A stretch of 47,618 bases of DNA from Archangiaceae bacterium (GTDB lineage: Bacteria > Myxococcota > Myxococcia > Myxococcales > Myxococcaceae), in assembly GCA_043750125.1 (NCBI GenBank), contig JAYVCD010000112.1:1-47618 (forward strand), written 5' to 3'. This document shows positions 27,541 to 37,805 of this stretch, piece by piece. Each line of letters opens with the position of its first letter. Within the stretch, counting starts at the first letter, position 1. The translations under genes were made by a program, and so were the position numbers. The notes beneath the pieces were generated by a model, which made no database searches, was not told the DNA's origin, and saw only the letters and a list, made by a program, of their open reading frames with translations.

Positions 27541-28092
27541 TCAAGCTCCACGGCTCACGAACGGGTTGCCCGCGAGCCATAAGCGGTACGGCTTGTCGGC
27601 CCACGGTCCGGAATAGTCGATTCCGACGCGAGGGCCCCGGCGAACGTCGCTCGCTTTGATTTGCCTGCCCCGCTCGAGCCACAACACCGGGCCGCTCAGG
27701 CACAGCCGGTCGTGCGCGCGGGTCAGCCCGAACGCGCGGGTCAAACGCCCCGGTCCATCGGTGCGAACGTCCAGCTTCTGCAGCGGCTCGAGCCCGCGGA
27801 TCAACACCGCCGCCCCTCGGCCGGTGACGACGTTGAAGCAATGGTGCATTCCGTAGATGAAGTAGACATACGCGTGTCCGGGCGCGCCGAACAGCACCTC
27901 GGTGCGCGCGGTGCGGCCCCGGGCCGAGTGGCAGGCCAGGTCATGCGGGCCCAGGTACGCTTCGACCTCGACGATTTTGCCCCGCTGCTCGCCGTGGACC
28001 AGCACCTGCCCCAACAGCGCGCGCGCCACTTGAAGCGCCGGACGCGCGTAGAACTCAGGCGGAAGAACGTCCCTTTTTGTCTCACTTTTCAC
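27541..28092 (-). CDS. mpg: DNA-3-methyladenine glycosylase (MPG/AAG family)
   Basis: FYARP..VARALLG, IVEVEAY, D.ACHS, YVYFIYGMH, AVLIRG.EP, GPGRL, PRVGI; GTG start approximate. Confidence 0.92.
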   Translation of the reverse strand: MKSETKRDVLPPEFYARPALQVARALLGQVLVHGEQRGKIVEVEAYLGPHDLACHSARGRTARTEVLFGAPGHAYVYFIYGMHHCFNVVTGRGAAVLIRGLEPLQKLDVRTDGPGRLTRAFGLTRAHDRLCLSGPVLWLERGRQIKASDVRRGPRVGIDYSGPWADKPYRLWLAGNPFVSRGA

Positions 28093-28159
28093 GTTCGCCC
28101 CTGCTCCGCGGATCAGCGGATCCCACGCAAGGGTCGTGCTAGTACCGCGCCGCCCTTTC

Positions 28160-29716
28160 ATGAACCCTTCTCGCCGGCTTTCAGGTGTTTTGCTGCCACT
28201 GTTTTCGCTGCGCGCCCGCAGCGATTTCGGCATTGGCGATTTCGGCTCGGTCGAAGGGCTGTTTGCCTGGCTCGAGCTGTCGGGACAGCGGCTGTGGATG
28301 TTGCTGCCCCTGCTTCCGACGGCATGGGGAGACCCCAGCCCGTACTCCACCTGCTGCGCATTCGGTTTGAACCCGCTGTTCATCGATTTGAATCCCCTGA
28401 TTGCCCGCTACGCGCTGACCCTCACCGAGCAAGAGCAGCGCCATCTGGCCGAGGCGCGGCGCTCTTCGGTGGTGCGCTACGACCTGGTGGTCCCCTTGAA
28501 GGGCGCGCTTCTCGCCCGCGCATTCGAGGCGTTCGAGAAAGAACCCGACGCCGCCTTCGAGACGTTTTGCGCCGCCAAGCACGCCTGGCTTGCCGACTAC
28601 GCGTTGTTTGCCGCCCTTTCTGAAGAACAGCAGCGCCGCCCGTGGTGGGAATGGAAAGACGGGCTGGCCGAGCGCGCTCCCGAGGCGCTGCAGGCCGCGC
28701 GCACCCGGCTGAAGCGCCCGATGCGTTTCGTTCAGTGGGCCCAGTGGGTCGCCGACGCGCAGTGGCAACGGGTGCGAAAGGCAGCGGCGGCGCGCGGCGT
28801 CCTGGTGTGCGGGGACGAGCCGTTCATCATCGGACAGAACAGCTCGGACTGCTGGTGCCAGCCGAAGCTGTTGCGGCGAGACGCGCGGCTTGGAGTTCCG
28901 CCCGACGACTTCGCGGTCGATGGCCAGGACTGGGGTCTGCCGTGGTTCGACTTCGCCGCGATGGAAGAAGAGGAATACCAGTGGCTGAAATTTCGGGCAG
29001 TGCAGGCGGCGGGTTATTACGACCTGCGGCGTGTGGACCATGCGGTCGGATACTTTCGGCAATATCTGCGCGACGAGCACACTCCGCGCGGCCGCTTCGT
29101 GCCTGACGTCGAGTCCGCCCAGGCTGCGCTGGGGGAAAAAAACTTCAAGCATCTGTCGTCGGCCGCTCGGGCGCCCGAAGGTCTGCCATCGGCGATCATC
29201 GCCGAGGACCTCGGAGTGATTCCGCCCTTCGTTCGAAGCGTGCTCGATGCGCTGCAGTTGCCCGGCTACAAGGTGATGCGGTGGGCGCGCGAAGACGGGG
29301 TCTATGCCGACCCCCGCCAATACCCTGCCGTGTCCCTGGTCACCACCGGCACCCACGACTCGGAGACGCTGCGCGAGTGGTGGGGCATCTGCGAAAGCTG
29401 GGAACGCGAGGCGGTCTGCCGCGTCTTCCCCGAGCTCAACCCGTTTCAACCTCCGCCCGCCGAGTTCACGCCCCCGCTGCACGAGGCGCTGCTGCGGGCC
29501 GCGCTCAATTCCGGCAGCGGGTTGTGCGTGCTGCCCTGGCAGGACGTCTTCGGCGAGGCCGAGCGGGTCAATCTTCCCGGGACGGTCAGTGATGCCAACT
29601 GGACGTACCGAATCAAACCGGAAGCCGAAGACTTGAGCAGCCGCGAGGACACCGCGCGCACCGGGTCGTGGCTCAAGCAGCTCACCGTGGCTGGCGCTCG
29701 CGGCACCCCCGGGTGA
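28160..29716 (+). CDS. malQ: 4-alpha-glucanotransferase (amylomaltase, GH77)
   Basis: GVLLPLFSL, GIGDFG, SPYS, GVPPDDF..GQDWG.P, RVDH, IAEDLG, TGTHD, N.PGT..NW.YR. Confidence 0.94.
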   Translation: MNPSRRLSGVLLPLFSLRARSDFGIGDFGSVEGLFAWLELSGQRLWMLLPLLPTAWGDPSPYSTCCAFGLNPLFIDLNPLIARYALTLTEQEQRHLAEARRSSVVRYDLVVPLKGALLARAFEAFEKEPDAAFETFCAAKHAWLADYALFAALSEEQQRRPWWEWKDGLAERAPEALQAARTRLKRPMRFVQWAQWVADAQWQRVRKAAAARGVLVCGDEPFIIGQNSSDCWCQPKLLRRDARLGVPPDDFAVDGQDWGLPWFDFAAMEEEEYQWLKFRAVQAAGYYDLRRVDHAVGYFRQYLRDEHTPRGRFVPDVESAQAALGEKNFKHLSSAARAPEGLPSAIIAEDLGVIPPFVRSVLDALQLPGYKVMRWAREDGVYADPRQYPAVSLVTTGTHDSETLREWWGICESWEREAVCRVFPELNPFQPPPAEFTPPLHEALLRAALNSGSGLCVLPWQDVFGEAERVNLPGTVSDANWTYRIKPEAEDLSSREDTARTGSWLKQLTVAGARGTPG

Positions 29717-29722
29717 AAGGCG

Positions 29723-31864
29723 ATGCACCTCCGCACGCCCGTATGGCGGCTCATCTGCTTCGGGTTGATCGCCACCCAGCTTGGCTGCGCGGGCATGAAC
29801 TCCAAGCCCGACGGGCCGATGGTGGATTCCCTTAAAATCGATGGGACGCAGGACATTCCGCCGCGGCAGCTGAAGAAGAAAATTCTCACCTCGGCCTCGA
29901 GCGTGTTCCCGGTCTGGCTGCAGTGGCTGCCGCTGGTGGGCACCGACGAGTACTTCGATGTGAATGCCTGGCAGGCCGACCTGCGCCGCATCGAGCGCTA
30001 CTACCAGTCCGAGGGCTACTACCAGGCCAAGGTCCTCGACGACGATGTCGTGCCCACCAAGCCCGGCCACGTCGCGCTCGAGGTGAAGCTCAAAGAAGGC
30101 ACCCCGACCAAGGTCACCGAGCTGGCGATGGTCGGGCTCGAGCAGCTGGAAAAAAATCACCGAGAGCAGGCGAGCCAGAAGCTGCCGGTGAAGGTGGGAG
30201 ACATCTTCCGCGAAGCCGACTGGGCGCAGGCCAAGCAGACGATCGTCGCTCGCCTGCAGGAGCTCGGCTACGCCGAAGCCACGGTCGAAGGTGAAGCGGT
30301 GGTGGATCTCGAGAAGGGCACTGCGGCGCTCACCCTCGAAGCCACGCCTGGCATCCGGTACAAGTTTGGCGAGGTGCGCATCGCCGATGCTCCCGGCGCG
30401 CAGGTCCCTCAGAAGTGGATCGTCGAGCAGGCCGAGAACGCGATCAAAGCGGGCGACTGGTATTCCGAGTCCGCGCTCAGCGAAGCCCAGACCCTCGTTT
30501 TTCAAATGGGGGTCTTCGGAGCGGTGAAGGTCAACCGTGCCGCTCCGGACCGTGCGCAGGGAACCGTGCCGGTGGTGGTCGACGTGCGAGAGGCGCCCTT
30601 TCTCAGCGCGCGCCTGGGGCCCGGCCTTGGAGTCGACGGAATTCGCCAGGAAGTGCGGGTCGTCGGGGAATTCACCCACCGCAATTTCCTGGGGGGCCTG
30701 CGCAAGTTCTCGGTGCGCGGAAAACTCGGCTGGGCGTTCTTGCCCACCGTCTGGGACGTGGCCGGAGGAGGCGCCAACCTGCCGCCGGGCCGGGCGACGC
30801 CTCAGCAGGGGCTGGTGGCGCGGATCATCAACGAGTTCGAACAGCCTCGTTTCCTCGGCGCGCGCAACTTGACCGGAATCGTTTCGCTCGAGTTCTCGCG
30901 CGGCCTCGAGCCCGCCTACAACTTCGTCGGCAGCACGTTGAAGGCCGGCGTGATCTGGCGCCCGTTCAGCACGTTGATGATTTTCCCTTCGTACAATCTC
31001 GACGTTTATTTTCTCGGTTCGAAGATTCCGCTCGGCTCGCAGGCGCCCGAAGTGCTCTTCGGTTGCAACGAGCTGTGCATCATCAGCTACCTGGACCAGA
31101 CGATCGAGTGGGACCGCCGCGACAGCAAGCTCGAGCCGAAGACCGGAACGTTTGTCGGTCTTTCCCTGCAGGAAGGGGGGCTGGGCGGGCAGTTCACCTT
31201 CCTTCGCATTCAGCCCGAGTTGCGCGGTTACATCTCTTTTGGGGAAGAGAAGACGGTGACGCTGGCCGCCAAGCTGAAGGTCGGGACCCTGTTGTCGTTC
31301 AGCCAGAACGAAGAGTCGCCGATCATCGCGCGCTTCTTTTCCGGGGGCTCTGCGATGCGCGGGTTTTCCAGTCGCCGCCTCTCGCCGTTGATTGTCGTCC
31401 CCAGGTCCAATCCTCCGCCGCTGGACCCGAGCAAGCCGATCGCCGACCAGGACCTTTCCGGAGAGACCCTTCCGTTCGGAGGGAAGGGACTGGTCGAGGC
31501 GTCGGTTGAGCTGCGATGGAACGTGTGGGGTGACCTGATGCTGGCCCTTTTCTCCGACAGCGGAATGGTCACCTGGGAATCGCTGGGGAAAAGCAAAAAC
31601 CCGTTTCAATATTTCTACACCGCGGTCGGAATTGGCGCCCGCTACCGGACTCCGCTGGGCCCGATTCGCGTCGATTTCGCCGTTCGACTTCCGGTCGGTG
31701 CACCGCAACAAATCAACCCGACCGGCGACTTGAACCCCGACGCGAGGGCGATCATCTACCCGAAGAGCGGGGGCTGCTTCGGGCTGGGCAACGTGTCTGA
31801 GAATTGGGGCGGCAGCCCGGAAGGAATCTGCGCGTTCCACTTGTCGATCGGTGAGGCGTTTTAG
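29723..31864 (+). CDS. tamA: Omp85-family TamA-like outer-membrane insertase with lipoprotein-type signal
   Basis: POTRA motifs (YYQSEGYY, LQELGYA, MGVF..V), RFFSGG..MRGF, ELR, GIGARYRTPLGPIRVD, C-terminal SIGEAF; followed directly by tamB. Confidence 0.88.
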   Translation: MHLRTPVWRLICFGLIATQLGCAGMNSKPDGPMVDSLKIDGTQDIPPRQLKKKILTSASSVFPVWLQWLPLVGTDEYFDVNAWQADLRRIERYYQSEGYYQAKVLDDDVVPTKPGHVALEVKLKEGTPTKVTELAMVGLEQLEKNHREQASQKLPVKVGDIFREADWAQAKQTIVARLQELGYAEATVEGEAVVDLEKGTAALTLEATPGIRYKFGEVRIADAPGAQVPQKWIVEQAENAIKAGDWYSESALSEAQTLVFQMGVFGAVKVNRAAPDRAQGTVPVVVDVREAPFLSARLGPGLGVDGIRQEVRVVGEFTHRNFLGGLRKFSVRGKLGWAFLPTVWDVAGGGANLPPGRATPQQGLVARIINEFEQPRFLGARNLTGIVSLEFSRGLEPAYNFVGSTLKAGVIWRPFSTLMIFPSYNLDVYFLGSKIPLGSQAPEVLFGCNELCIISYLDQTIEWDRRDSKLEPKTGTFVGLSLQEGGLGGQFTFLRIQPELRGYISFGEEKTVTLAAKLKVGTLLSFSQNEESPIIARFFSGGSAMRGFSSRRLSPLIVVPRSNPPPLDPSKPIADQDLSGETLPFGGKGLVEASVELRWNVWGDLMLALFSDSGMVTWESLGKSKNPFQYFYTAVGIGARYRTPLGPIRVDFAVRLPVGAPQQINPTGDLNPDARAIIYPKSGGCFGLGNVSENWGGSPEGICAFHLSIGEAF

Positions 31865-34800
31865 ATGACCCCGCGACGGAAGAAGATTTTGATCTGGGTC
31901 GCCGCGGGGCTGCTGCTGCTGTTGCTGTTGATTCCCACCGTCGCCTGGCTCTACCTGACGAGCGACACCGGTTCCGAGCTGATCCGAGATCGAGTCCTTG
32001 GAATGGTCAACGCCGACCTGCAGGGCAAGCTCGAAGCGAAGTCGCTGCGAACCCGCGGCGGGCTGATCGTGATCGACGGCTTGAAGCTCTTCACTCCCGA
32101 GGGCGAGCTGGTGGTCGAAATCGAGCACGCCGAGCTCGACCCGCGGCTGCTGGCTTTGGCCAAGGGTCGAATCGTGCTGTGGAGCTTGAAGGTCGACAAG
32201 CCGCGCTTCTATCTGAAGTCCGACGAGCGCGGCCTCAACCTCAATCGGGCGATCGACTCGAAAATCCAGGCCCTGCCCGGGGTGAAAAAGGAAACCAAGC
32301 TCTACGTCGACATCGGGAAGGTCGCGATCGACGAGGGCTACTTCGACTTCGCGTTCGGCCAGGACGACTACACCGTTCAGCAGATCCACATCGAGGGCAA
32401 GGCGACCATCTCGTTGCCGACGCTGAGCCTGCTGGGAGATCTGCATCTGGGCGGGCACGTCACTGCGCCGATCGTCGATGTGCTCAACATCGATGTCGCC
32501 GCCACGACCGACAAGCCGGGCGACGTGCGAATGGACCTCAACGCCCGGACTTCTGATTCCCACGTCAAGGGCCAGCTGTCGCTCGACCCGGTGAAGCTCG
32601 TCATCGCCGAGTCGGTGGCTTCGCCGATCACGCTGCGCGGCTTCGTTCCGGACTTCAAGATCAAGGTGCCGATCTCGACCCAGGGGACGGCGAGCCCTGC
32701 GGCGATTGACGTGACCGCCCAGGCGGGAAGTGCGCGCATCGCGGCGAAGGCGAGCTTTCCCAAAGGCGGGCTGCTCGAAGCGGTCGAGCTCCATGCCGAG
32801 GGCATCGACCTGGCCGAGCTGCTCGAAGGCGGCCGGCATTCCCACCTTTCCGGCGACCTGAAGGGAAAGCTGAACAACGTCGGCCTCGAGACTCTCGACG
32901 GGGCGGTGAAGGGCCAGGCCCGCTGGGACGAAGAAGGAAAAGTGCTCGCCAGCGCGGACATCGACGTGACGGCGAGCGGCGGACAAATCGAAGTGAAGCA
33001 GCTCGAGGCGAAGGTTCCCGGCGCGACGGTCAGCGTCAAGGGCCGCGGCAACAGCAAGACGCTGGCGATCAACGGCTCACTCGAGGTGACCAACCTGCAC
33101 AGCGTGGCGCAGGCGATTTCCGAATTCACCGGGTCCGAAGTGCTGCCGCTGTCGGGACAGGGCTCGTTGCGTTTGGCGACCGCCGGACCGTTGCTGCACC
33201 CGGCGCTGTCGGTGCAAGGGGGCTTCAAACAGCTGGGCTACGACACCGTCGGAGTCCAGGATTTCAAGATCAACGCCCAGCTGGCCGACGTGATGCGGCC
33301 GTTGGAAGCCCAGGCCCAACTTTCGGCGGCGCGCCTGGCGATGGGTGAGACTGTGCTGGAAGGATTGAGCGCCGAGATGTCGAGCCGCGGCCGCGTGCTG
33401 ACAGCAAAACTGTCGACCAGGGGCCTGGCGACGCTCGCGATGACCGTGGCGGTGGAAGGAACGTTGGACACCGACAACCGCGGGCTGGTGCTCTCGGCGC
33501 TGACCGTCGACTACCCCAAACAGCAGTGGACGCTCGAGGGTCCGGCGCACGTCGGCTGGACCGCCGAGGGAGACGTAGAGGCGCAGCCGGTCGCGCTGCA
33601 GGCCGGCGCTCAGCGCGTCGTGCTCGAGGGCAGCTTGAAGGCCTCGCAGCTGCTGGCCAGCGCGCAGCTGCAGCAACTCGATTTGTCCCAGCTGCCGCAC
33701 TCGCTGATTCCTGCGTCCCTCGGGTTGGGAGGGTTCGTCAACGCCAAGGCCACCGTCCAGGGGCCAACCGCTCGGGTGCAGACCCAGGTCGAGCTGGCCT
33801 GGCACACCGGCACGCTGAAGGGGTTGAGTGGAATTACCCTCGTGGGCCGGGCGCTGCTCGCGGACTCCCGGGTCGAGGGCGCGTTGACGGCGGACACTTC
33901 GCTCGGTCAGGCGACCAGCGACTTTTCTTTTCCTCTGGGCCGAAAAGCGGGCAAGCCCCAGCCGGTGACCCTGCGGTTGTCCACCAGCGCGCTCGAGCTG
34001 TCGGGAGCGGCGATGGCTTTTGGAGGGCAGCTGCCGGTGGACGGCGCGGTGAGCCTGTCGCTCGAAGTCGAGGGGACCCTCGATCACCCCCGACCCAACA
34101 TTCAGATTGAGAGCCCGAACCTGCGGGTGTGCGAGGGCCCCTGTGCTCCGAACGGAAAAGTGCTCGCCGACGTGACCCGGGTCCTCTTCGACCGGGTGGT
34201 CTTCTCTCTTCTGGGCGATGCCGAGAACCACCCCGAGCTGTTGCTGGCGGTGAATGCGTTCGGGGGCTTGAGCCAGCTGAAGTTGAAAATTCCGTTCACG
34301 TTCACCCAGCTGCTCGACGCCTACCTTCCGGCCGCTCCCCGCAGAGGCCCGACCCCGACGGCCAAGGGGATCAACTGGCTGCTGACTCCGATGGAGCTGG
34401 GCCTCGAGGCCAGCGGCATCGACCTGTTGAAGGTCGGCCCGGTGCTTCAGCTCTCAGACCCGCTGAAAGGAACGATGCACATCGCGGCGAGGGCCACCGG
34501 AAATTGGCTCCACCCGGATCTCGAGTCGACCGTCGGGGTGGTCGGCTTTCAGGGCGAAGGCAAGCAGCCGCTGGAAGTGTCCACCTCGGTGACGACCAAC
34601 CGCGAAGAGAGTCGGGTCAAGCTCACCGTGCTGCGGGTGACCCGCCCGGTGCTGGTGCTGAACGGGCGCATGGGGGGGCCGCTCGAGCGGGTTCGAAATG
34701 AAGCCGAGTTGATGGAAACCGACCTGTCGATCGACGCCTCGCTGGGCCCGGTCGCGATGGCCGACCTGTTCCTTCCGGTCGAAGACGAAGCCGCGGCTCC

Positions 34801-36400
34801 CACCGGCAGTCTGCAGGCCCAGCTTTCCGTGAAGGGCACCGCCGCCGCGCCCAGAGGTTCGGTGCGGGGCTCGTTGCAGAATCTGAAAGTCGGCAGCGTG
34901 GCCCTCGGGCAGGCGAACCTCAGCTGGGACTACGAAGCGCACAAGCACGTCTTTTCCACGGACCTGGTCAGCGCGGGGAATCTGAACGCGCAAGGCGAGC
35001 TCGAGCTCGATGTCTCGGTTCCGGCGATTCGCAAGGGGCTGCAGCTCGCCACCGCTCCGCTGAAAGCCACGGTTCATTCGTCGAACTTCGACGTCGGATT
35101 CTTCTCGGGGATCCACCCGATGCTCCGGGTGCTGGGGGGCCTGCTCAAGCTGGACGCGAAGGTGGATGGGCAGTTGGCCAGCCCCGGTTTCGAGGGGACC
35201 ATCGACTGGACCCGGGGACGCCTGGGGCTCGCCGGCTTCGGCGACTACCGCGACATTCACCTGCTGCTCGATGGCAACAACGCGGGCTACACCCTTCAAG
35301 AGCTGACCGCGAGGTCCGGCGGCGGCAACATCGAGCTGGTCGGAAAAGCGGTGCGCGAGAGCCCGGGCCATCTGAACTTGACGGGCCAGGGCTCGCTGTC
35401 GAAGTTTCCGATCATCACCGATGATCAGCTGCTCGCAGTCGCGACGGCGCGGCTTTCGCTTCAGGGCCAGGCGACCGGGCGAATGGTCGACATTCAGCAG
35501 CTGTCGATTCCCGAGGCGCACATCGAGCTGCCGGACGTGAAGCGCAAGGACCTGCAAGAGCTCGAACGGCCTGCGGACATCGTGTTGGTGCGCAACGGCA
35601 TTCCGGTGAAGAAGAGGAAGAAGAAGCCCGACGCGGCGGCGGTGCAGGAGTCGCTGGAAGCGCCGCGAACCTTCCGGGTGACGGTCGATGCGCCCCGAAA
35701 CCTCTGGGTGAAGAGCTCGGACGTGAACCTCGAGCTGGGACTCAGCGACAAGTTTCGAATCGAATACACCGACCGGGTGCTGATCTACGGCGAGGCCAAT
35801 GTGATGCGCGGTCGGGTCGACGTGCTCGGGCGCCGCTTCGACATGCAAAAAAATTCTCAGGTGCGCTTCAACGGAATCGCCAACCAGCCCTATCTCAACA
35901 TCAGTGCGATCCACGTCAATGAGCGCGAGAACGTGACGGTGTACGTGAACGTCGTCGGGAAAGGAAAAGATGCGTCGTTGAAGCTCAGCAGCCAGCCGGT
36001 GATTCCCGATTCAGAGCTGTTGATCTTGATCGCCACCGGCCGACGCACTCTGAAGCGTGGAGGCGGCAGCTCGATTTCAGGCGCCGACGCCGCCAGCGTG
36101 CTCGGCTCATTGGCGGCCTCGCAGCTGAAGACCCTGGTGGCCAAGCGGCTGCCGCTCGATGTGCTGTCGATCGAGTCGGGGGAAGCGGGGATCACCGACG
36201 CGCGATTGGAAGCAGGGGTGTACTTGTCGGACCGGGCGTACATCGGCTACCAGTTGAACCTGGGGGCAGATCGCAGCCGGGGCCAGAACTCGAATTCGCT
36301 CAAGCTCGAGTACCAGCTGTCGAAGTCGTGGAGCTTCGAGGCCTCGGCAGGAGACGCGCCGGCGGTCGGGGCCGAGCTGCTGTGGAGTCGGGACTTCTAG
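31865..36400 (+). CDS. tamB: Translocation/assembly module TamB (AsmA-like, C-terminal DUF490-like region)
   Basis: N-terminal TM anchor, long beta-rich body, C-terminal GRRF, P.LNISA, LSSQP, LEAGVYLSDR, LEYQL; 1511 aa. Confidence 0.88.
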   Translation: MTPRRKKILIWVAAGLLLLLLLIPTVAWLYLTSDTGSELIRDRVLGMVNADLQGKLEAKSLRTRGGLIVIDGLKLFTPEGELVVEIEHAELDPRLLALAKGRIVLWSLKVDKPRFYLKSDERGLNLNRAIDSKIQALPGVKKETKLYVDIGKVAIDEGYFDFAFGQDDYTVQQIHIEGKATISLPTLSLLGDLHLGGHVTAPIVDVLNIDVAATTDKPGDVRMDLNARTSDSHVKGQLSLDPVKLVIAESVASPITLRGFVPDFKIKVPISTQGTASPAAIDVTAQAGSARIAAKASFPKGGLLEAVELHAEGIDLAELLEGGRHSHLSGDLKGKLNNVGLETLDGAVKGQARWDEEGKVLASADIDVTASGGQIEVKQLEAKVPGATVSVKGRGNSKTLAINGSLEVTNLHSVAQAISEFTGSEVLPLSGQGSLRLATAGPLLHPALSVQGGFKQLGYDTVGVQDFKINAQLADVMRPLEAQAQLSAARLAMGETVLEGLSAEMSSRGRVLTAKLSTRGLATLAMTVAVEGTLDTDNRGLVLSALTVDYPKQQWTLEGPAHVGWTAEGDVEAQPVALQAGAQRVVLEGSLKASQLLASAQLQQLDLSQLPHSLIPASLGLGGFVNAKATVQGPTARVQTQVELAWHTGTLKGLSGITLVGRALLADSRVEGALTADTSLGQATSDFSFPLGRKAGKPQPVTLRLSTSALELSGAAMAFGGQLPVDGAVSLSLEVEGTLDHPRPNIQIESPNLRVCEGPCAPNGKVLADVTRVLFDRVVFSLLGDAENHPELLLAVNAFGGLSQLKLKIPFTFTQLLDAYLPAAPRRGPTPTAKGINWLLTPMELGLEASGIDLLKVGPVLQLSDPLKGTMHIAARATGNWLHPDLESTVGVVGFQGEGKQPLEVSTSVTTNREESRVKLTVLRVTRPVLVLNGRMGGPLERVRNEAELMETDLSIDASLGPVAMADLFLPVEDEAAAPTGSLQAQLSVKGTAAAPRGSVRGSLQNLKVGSVALGQANLSWDYEAHKHVFSTDLVSAGNLNAQGELELDVSVPAIRKGLQLATAPLKATVHSSNFDVGFFSGIHPMLRVLGGLLKLDAKVDGQLASPGFEGTIDWTRGRLGLAGFGDYRDIHLLLDGNNAGYTLQELTARSGGGNIELVGKAVRESPGHLNLTGQGSLSKFPIITDDQLLAVATARLSLQGQATGRMVDIQQLSIPEAHIELPDVKRKDLQELERPADIVLVRNGIPVKKRKKKPDAAAVQESLEAPRTFRVTVDAPRNLWVKSSDVNLELGLSDKFRIEYTDRVLIYGEANVMRGRVDVLGRRFDMQKNSQVRFNGIANQPYLNISAIHVNERENVTVYVNVVGKGKDASLKLSSQPVIPDSELLILIATGRRTLKRGGGSSISGADAASVLGSLAASQLKTLVAKRLPLDVLSIESGEAGITDARLEAGVYLSDRAYIGYQLNLGADRSRGQNSNSLKLEYQLSKSWSFEASAGDAPAVGAELLWSRDF

Positions 36401-36417
36401 CGCCGGCTCTTTTTTTT
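36385..36417 (+). terminator. Putative intrinsic terminator after tamB
   Basis: GAGTCGG-(11 nt)-CCGGCTC stem (one G-U pair) followed by T8, between convergent genes. Confidence 0.6.
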
Positions 36418-37805
36418 CAGCGTCGTTGTTCTGGGTCCACGTCGAGCAGCACTTCGAGGTCGACCCGCTCGTGGCCGACGCCGATCTCGACCCGCACCAA
36501 CTTGCTCTTGTAGCCATCCTTGCGAAGGCGCAGCTCGTAGCTTCCTGCGCTGAGCTGGGTCAGGGTGGTCGGGGTGCGCGGCTCGAGCCGTTCACCGTCC
36601 AGGTAGAGCACCGCATCGGGTGGAATCGAACGGACCGTCGCCTGGTAGGTCGGCGATTGCTCGGAAACGGCGGGCGCAAACGCAGACCGGTAGAGGAGCA
36701 ACGAGACGACCGCTCCCGCCGTCAAGCCGACCAGGGCCGCAGGAAGTTGCCACCGCCTCGAGAAGGAAACCCGCTTGTCGGTCTTGAGCGTCTCGTGGTC
36801 CAGCGGTTGGGATGCGAACAGCAAATCGTCCATCGGCTGAGTGCTGTTGCCCCTCAGCCGCGGCTGCAAGGTGGCCCGCGCCAACTTCGCTTGCGCCCGG
36901 TCGGGACCAAACAGCGAGGTCAGGTAGACGTCGAGCTGCGGGGTCCCACCGGAAGCGTCGCGCACCGCGTGGGCGAGGTCGAGGGCAGTCTGGTACCGGT
37001 CGCGCGGGTGCACCGCCAGCGACCGCTGCACGACGACTTCCAACGCCGCAGAAATCTCGGGACGAAGCGCGCGCAGCGACGGCAGGTCTCCGCGCAGCAG
37101 CTTGATCACCGTCTGGGCGGGCGCGGACCCCGCGAACAGCCGTCGTCCGGCGAGCAGCTCGAACAGACACACCCCCAGCGACCAGACGTCGGCGCGGCGA
37201 TCGACCGGCAACCCCCGAGACTGCTCGGGCCCCATGTAGCCTGCCTTCCCCTTGATCTCTCCGGCCAGGGTCTGGCGCAGCCTTTCCTCAGCGCGGGCAA
37301 TTCCGAAATCGAGCAGCTTCACCTGGCCCCGGTAGGTGACGAACAGATTCGCAGGCGAGACGTCGCGGTGAACGATGCCCAAAGGCTTCCCGTCGGTGCC
37401 CCGCATCTGGTGGGCGTAATGGAGCGCGTCGGCGGCCGCGGCGATGATCGCGCACGCCACGTCCACCGGTACCGGGCGCTGCTGGGTCTGCGCCCGCTCG
37501 AAGATCGACGCGGCGTCTTCGCCTGGCAGATATTCCATCGCCAGGTAGTAGTCGTCGTCCTGCTTTCCCAAATCGAAGATCTGCACGATTCCCGGGTGCT
37601 CGAGCCGGGCGGCGATGCGCGCTTCGTCGAGGAACATCTTCACGAACGAATCGTCAGCCGCGAGGTGAGGCAGCACGCGCTTGATGACGCACACCTTTTC
37701 GAAACCCCCATCGCCGGTGGCCTTCGCCAGAAAGAGCTCGGCCATTCCGCCCACTGCCAGGCGGTCGAGCAGCAGGTACCGGCCGAAGAGGAGAGGAGCG
37801 GGCAT
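36417..37805 (-). CDS. Membrane Ser/Thr protein kinase with C-terminal PEGA domain
   Basis: LAVGGMAELF, VIKR, DEARIA, HRDVSPAN, DFG, GK.GYM.PE, DVWSLG; TM helix; VRSIPPDAVLYLDG..TP..L.AG.Y.L...KDGY. Confidence 0.94.
   Translation of the reverse strand: MPAPLLFGRYLLLDRLAVGGMAELFLAKATGDGGFEKVCVIKRVLPHLAADDSFVKMFLDEARIAARLEHPGIVQIFDLGKQDDDYYLAMEYLPGEDAASIFERAQTQQRPVPVDVACAIIAAAADALHYAHQMRGTDGKPLGIVHRDVSPANLFVTYRGQVKLLDFGIARAEERLRQTLAGEIKGKAGYMGPEQSRGLPVDRRADVWSLGVCLFELLAGRRLFAGSAPAQTVIKLLRGDLPSLRALRPEISAALEVVVQRSLAVHPRDRYQTALDLAHAVRDASGGTPQLDVYLTSLFGPDRAQAKLARATLQPRLRGNSTQPMDDLLFASQPLDHETLKTDKRVSFSRRWQLPAALVGLTAGAVVSLLLYRSAFAPAVSEQSPTYQATVRSIPPDAVLYLDGERLEPRTPTTLTQLSAGSYELRLRKDGYKSKLVRVEIGVGHERVDLEVLLDVDPEQRR

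Noticed and set aside
28126-28141. Sigma54-like TAGCACGACCCTTGCG on the minus strand upstream of mpg
   Set aside because: It has AG instead of the near-invariant GG, so it is not called without TSS data.
28181-32986. 1601-aa minus-strand ORF
   Set aside because: Antisense shadow of malQ/tamA/tamB; no motifs, and long antisense frames are expected at this GC content.
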